48,178 nucleotides of DNA from Acidimicrobiaceae bacterium. GTDB taxonomy: Bacteria; Actinomycetota; Acidimicrobiia; Acidimicrobiales; RAAP-2. A model generated the notes under the pieces. It worked only from the letters and a program-made list of their open reading frames with translations, was not told the DNA's origin and searched no databases. Position numbers and translations under genes: made by a program. Shown here piece after piece: positions 47,292 to 48,178 of the stretch; position 1 is the first letter of the stretch, and each line of letters begins with the position of its first letter. The stretch is taken from assembly GCA_003136495.1 (NCBI GenBank), contig PLER01000046.1, forward strand, positions 1-48,178, given 5' to 3'.

Positions 47292-47385
47292 TGGCGGAGA
47301 GGGAGGGATTTGAACCCTCGGGCCCACTTTCGCAGGCCGCATTCTTAGCAGGAATGTGGTTTAAACCGAACTCACCCACCTCTCC
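47292..47385 (-). tRNA. tRNA-Ser (anticodon GCT)
   Basis: Acceptor stem GGAGAGG/CCTCTCC, discriminator G + encoded CCA; anticodon arm CATTC-CTGCTAA-GAATG; long variable arm; T arm GAGGG-TTCAAAT-CCCTC. Confidence 0.95.
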
Positions 47386-47483
47386 CTTGGTAGAGCCTAC
47401 TAAAACGGAGGCGGATCGAACCCAAAATCTCCCACGGACCAAGCGTTACAATTTCCGCGACGTCACCACCGGAAGGGATGGCC

Positions 47484-48178
47484 ATGCGGAGCCTTCGAAT
47501 CGCCCTCAGCGCACTCCTCGGGGCCACGACGCTCTCGGGCGTGACCCTCATCACCTCCGGCGCTCTCTCCTCGGCCGCCTCGGGCAACTCCCTCGCGTCG
47601 TGCGCGAAGAAGGTGACCTCGGAAGAGATTCACAAGGGAGTCTTGACCGTAGCGACCGACTCACCGGCCTACACGCCCTGGTTCGTCTCGAACAAGCCCT
47701 CCAACGGCAAGGGGTACGAGTCGGCCGTCGCCTACGCCATCGCGAAGGAACTCGGTATCAAGGCGGCCGACGTCAAGTGGGTCGTCGAGCCCTTCGACTC
47801 GAGTTACATCCCCGGTCCGAAATCCTTCGACTTCGACATCAACGAGATCTCCTACACCGCGGAGCGAGCGCACGCGGTCACCTTCTCGGTGAGCTACTAC
47901 GACGTCAACCAGTCAATCGTCGCGCTTAAGACGAATCCGATCGTTACGAAGCACACACCCAAGGAACTCAAGTCCTACGTGTACGGTGACCAGATCGGAA
48001 CGACGGGCCTGGCCTACATCAACAACGAGATCAAGCCGACGACGCCGGCGAAAGTCTTCTCGACGCTCGACCAGGCGGTGCTCGCGCTCCAGACCAAGCA
48101 GATCGACGCCATCGTCATCGACACCCCGACGGGTCAGTACATGGCGGCCGACCAGATCACCAACAAGGCGGGTAAGTC
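47484..48178 (+). CDS. Polar amino-acid ABC transporter substrate-binding protein (runs off window end)
   Basis: Translated by hand: MRSLRIALSALLGATT...GVLTVATDSPAYTPWF...GKGYESAVAYAIA...FDFDINEISYTAERA; GGAAGG RBS; absent from ORF track because no stop in window. Confidence 0.88.
   Translation, partial: MRSLRIALSALLGATTLSGVTLITSGALSSAASGNSLASCAKKVTSEEIHKGVLTVATDSPAYTPWFVSNKPSNGKGYESAVAYAIAKELGIKAADVKWVVEPFDSSYIPGPKSFDFDINEISYTAERAHAVTFSVSYYDVNQSIVALKTNPIVTKHTPKELKSYVYGDQIGTTGLAYINNEIKPTTPAKVFSTLDQAVLALQTKQIDAIVIDTPTGQYMAADQITNKAGK

Noticed and set aside
47249-47300. Integrative element at the tRNA 3' end
   Set aside because: No integrase and no duplicated tRNA 3' end seen; rimO follows directly.
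47292-47385. Amber suppressor or selenocysteine tRNA (loop contains CTA; long variable arm)
   Set aside because: The 7-nt loop CT-GCT-AA centres on GCT, and the 7-bp acceptor stem with G73 fits ordinary tRNA-Ser.

Overview
High-GC actinobacterial chromosomal segment, tentatively Acidimicrobiia-like (inferred from gene content and style, not from a marker search). It is densely packed and mostly housekeeping or metabolic. Left part: ppa, 3-hydroxybutyryl-CoA dehydrogenase, purU, an ECF sigma factor with a membrane partner, a PadR regulator with a perfect 20-bp operator, kynA-kynU, ettA and an MFS exporter. A ~16 kb nucleoside uptake and catabolism cluster follows (11.3-27.1 kb): BMP-family ABC importer, PfkB kinase + psuG, cdd-deoA-add, phosphosugar mutase, punA, a full-length plus a truncated aldehyde dehydrogenase, and deoC. 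Next come rfbC/rfbB/rfbA, bioY, several hydrolases, a ferredoxin with two tandem P450s, serB and a flavin monooxygenase. The right end holds recA interrupted by a 362-aa LAGLIDADG intein with an upstream LexA box, cinA-pgsA-rimO, tRNA-Ser(GCT) and a truncated amino-acid-binding protein. I saw no CRISPR array, integrase or transposase. The strongest leads are the low-GC recA intein with apparent co-converted flanks, the split ALDH16-like gene pair beside deoC, the ECF sigma/DUF4349-like anti-sigma pair, the tandem P450s, and pervasive leaderless promoters including overlapping -10 elements between psuG and cdd. All product calls rest on motif recognition by eye; no database search was run.
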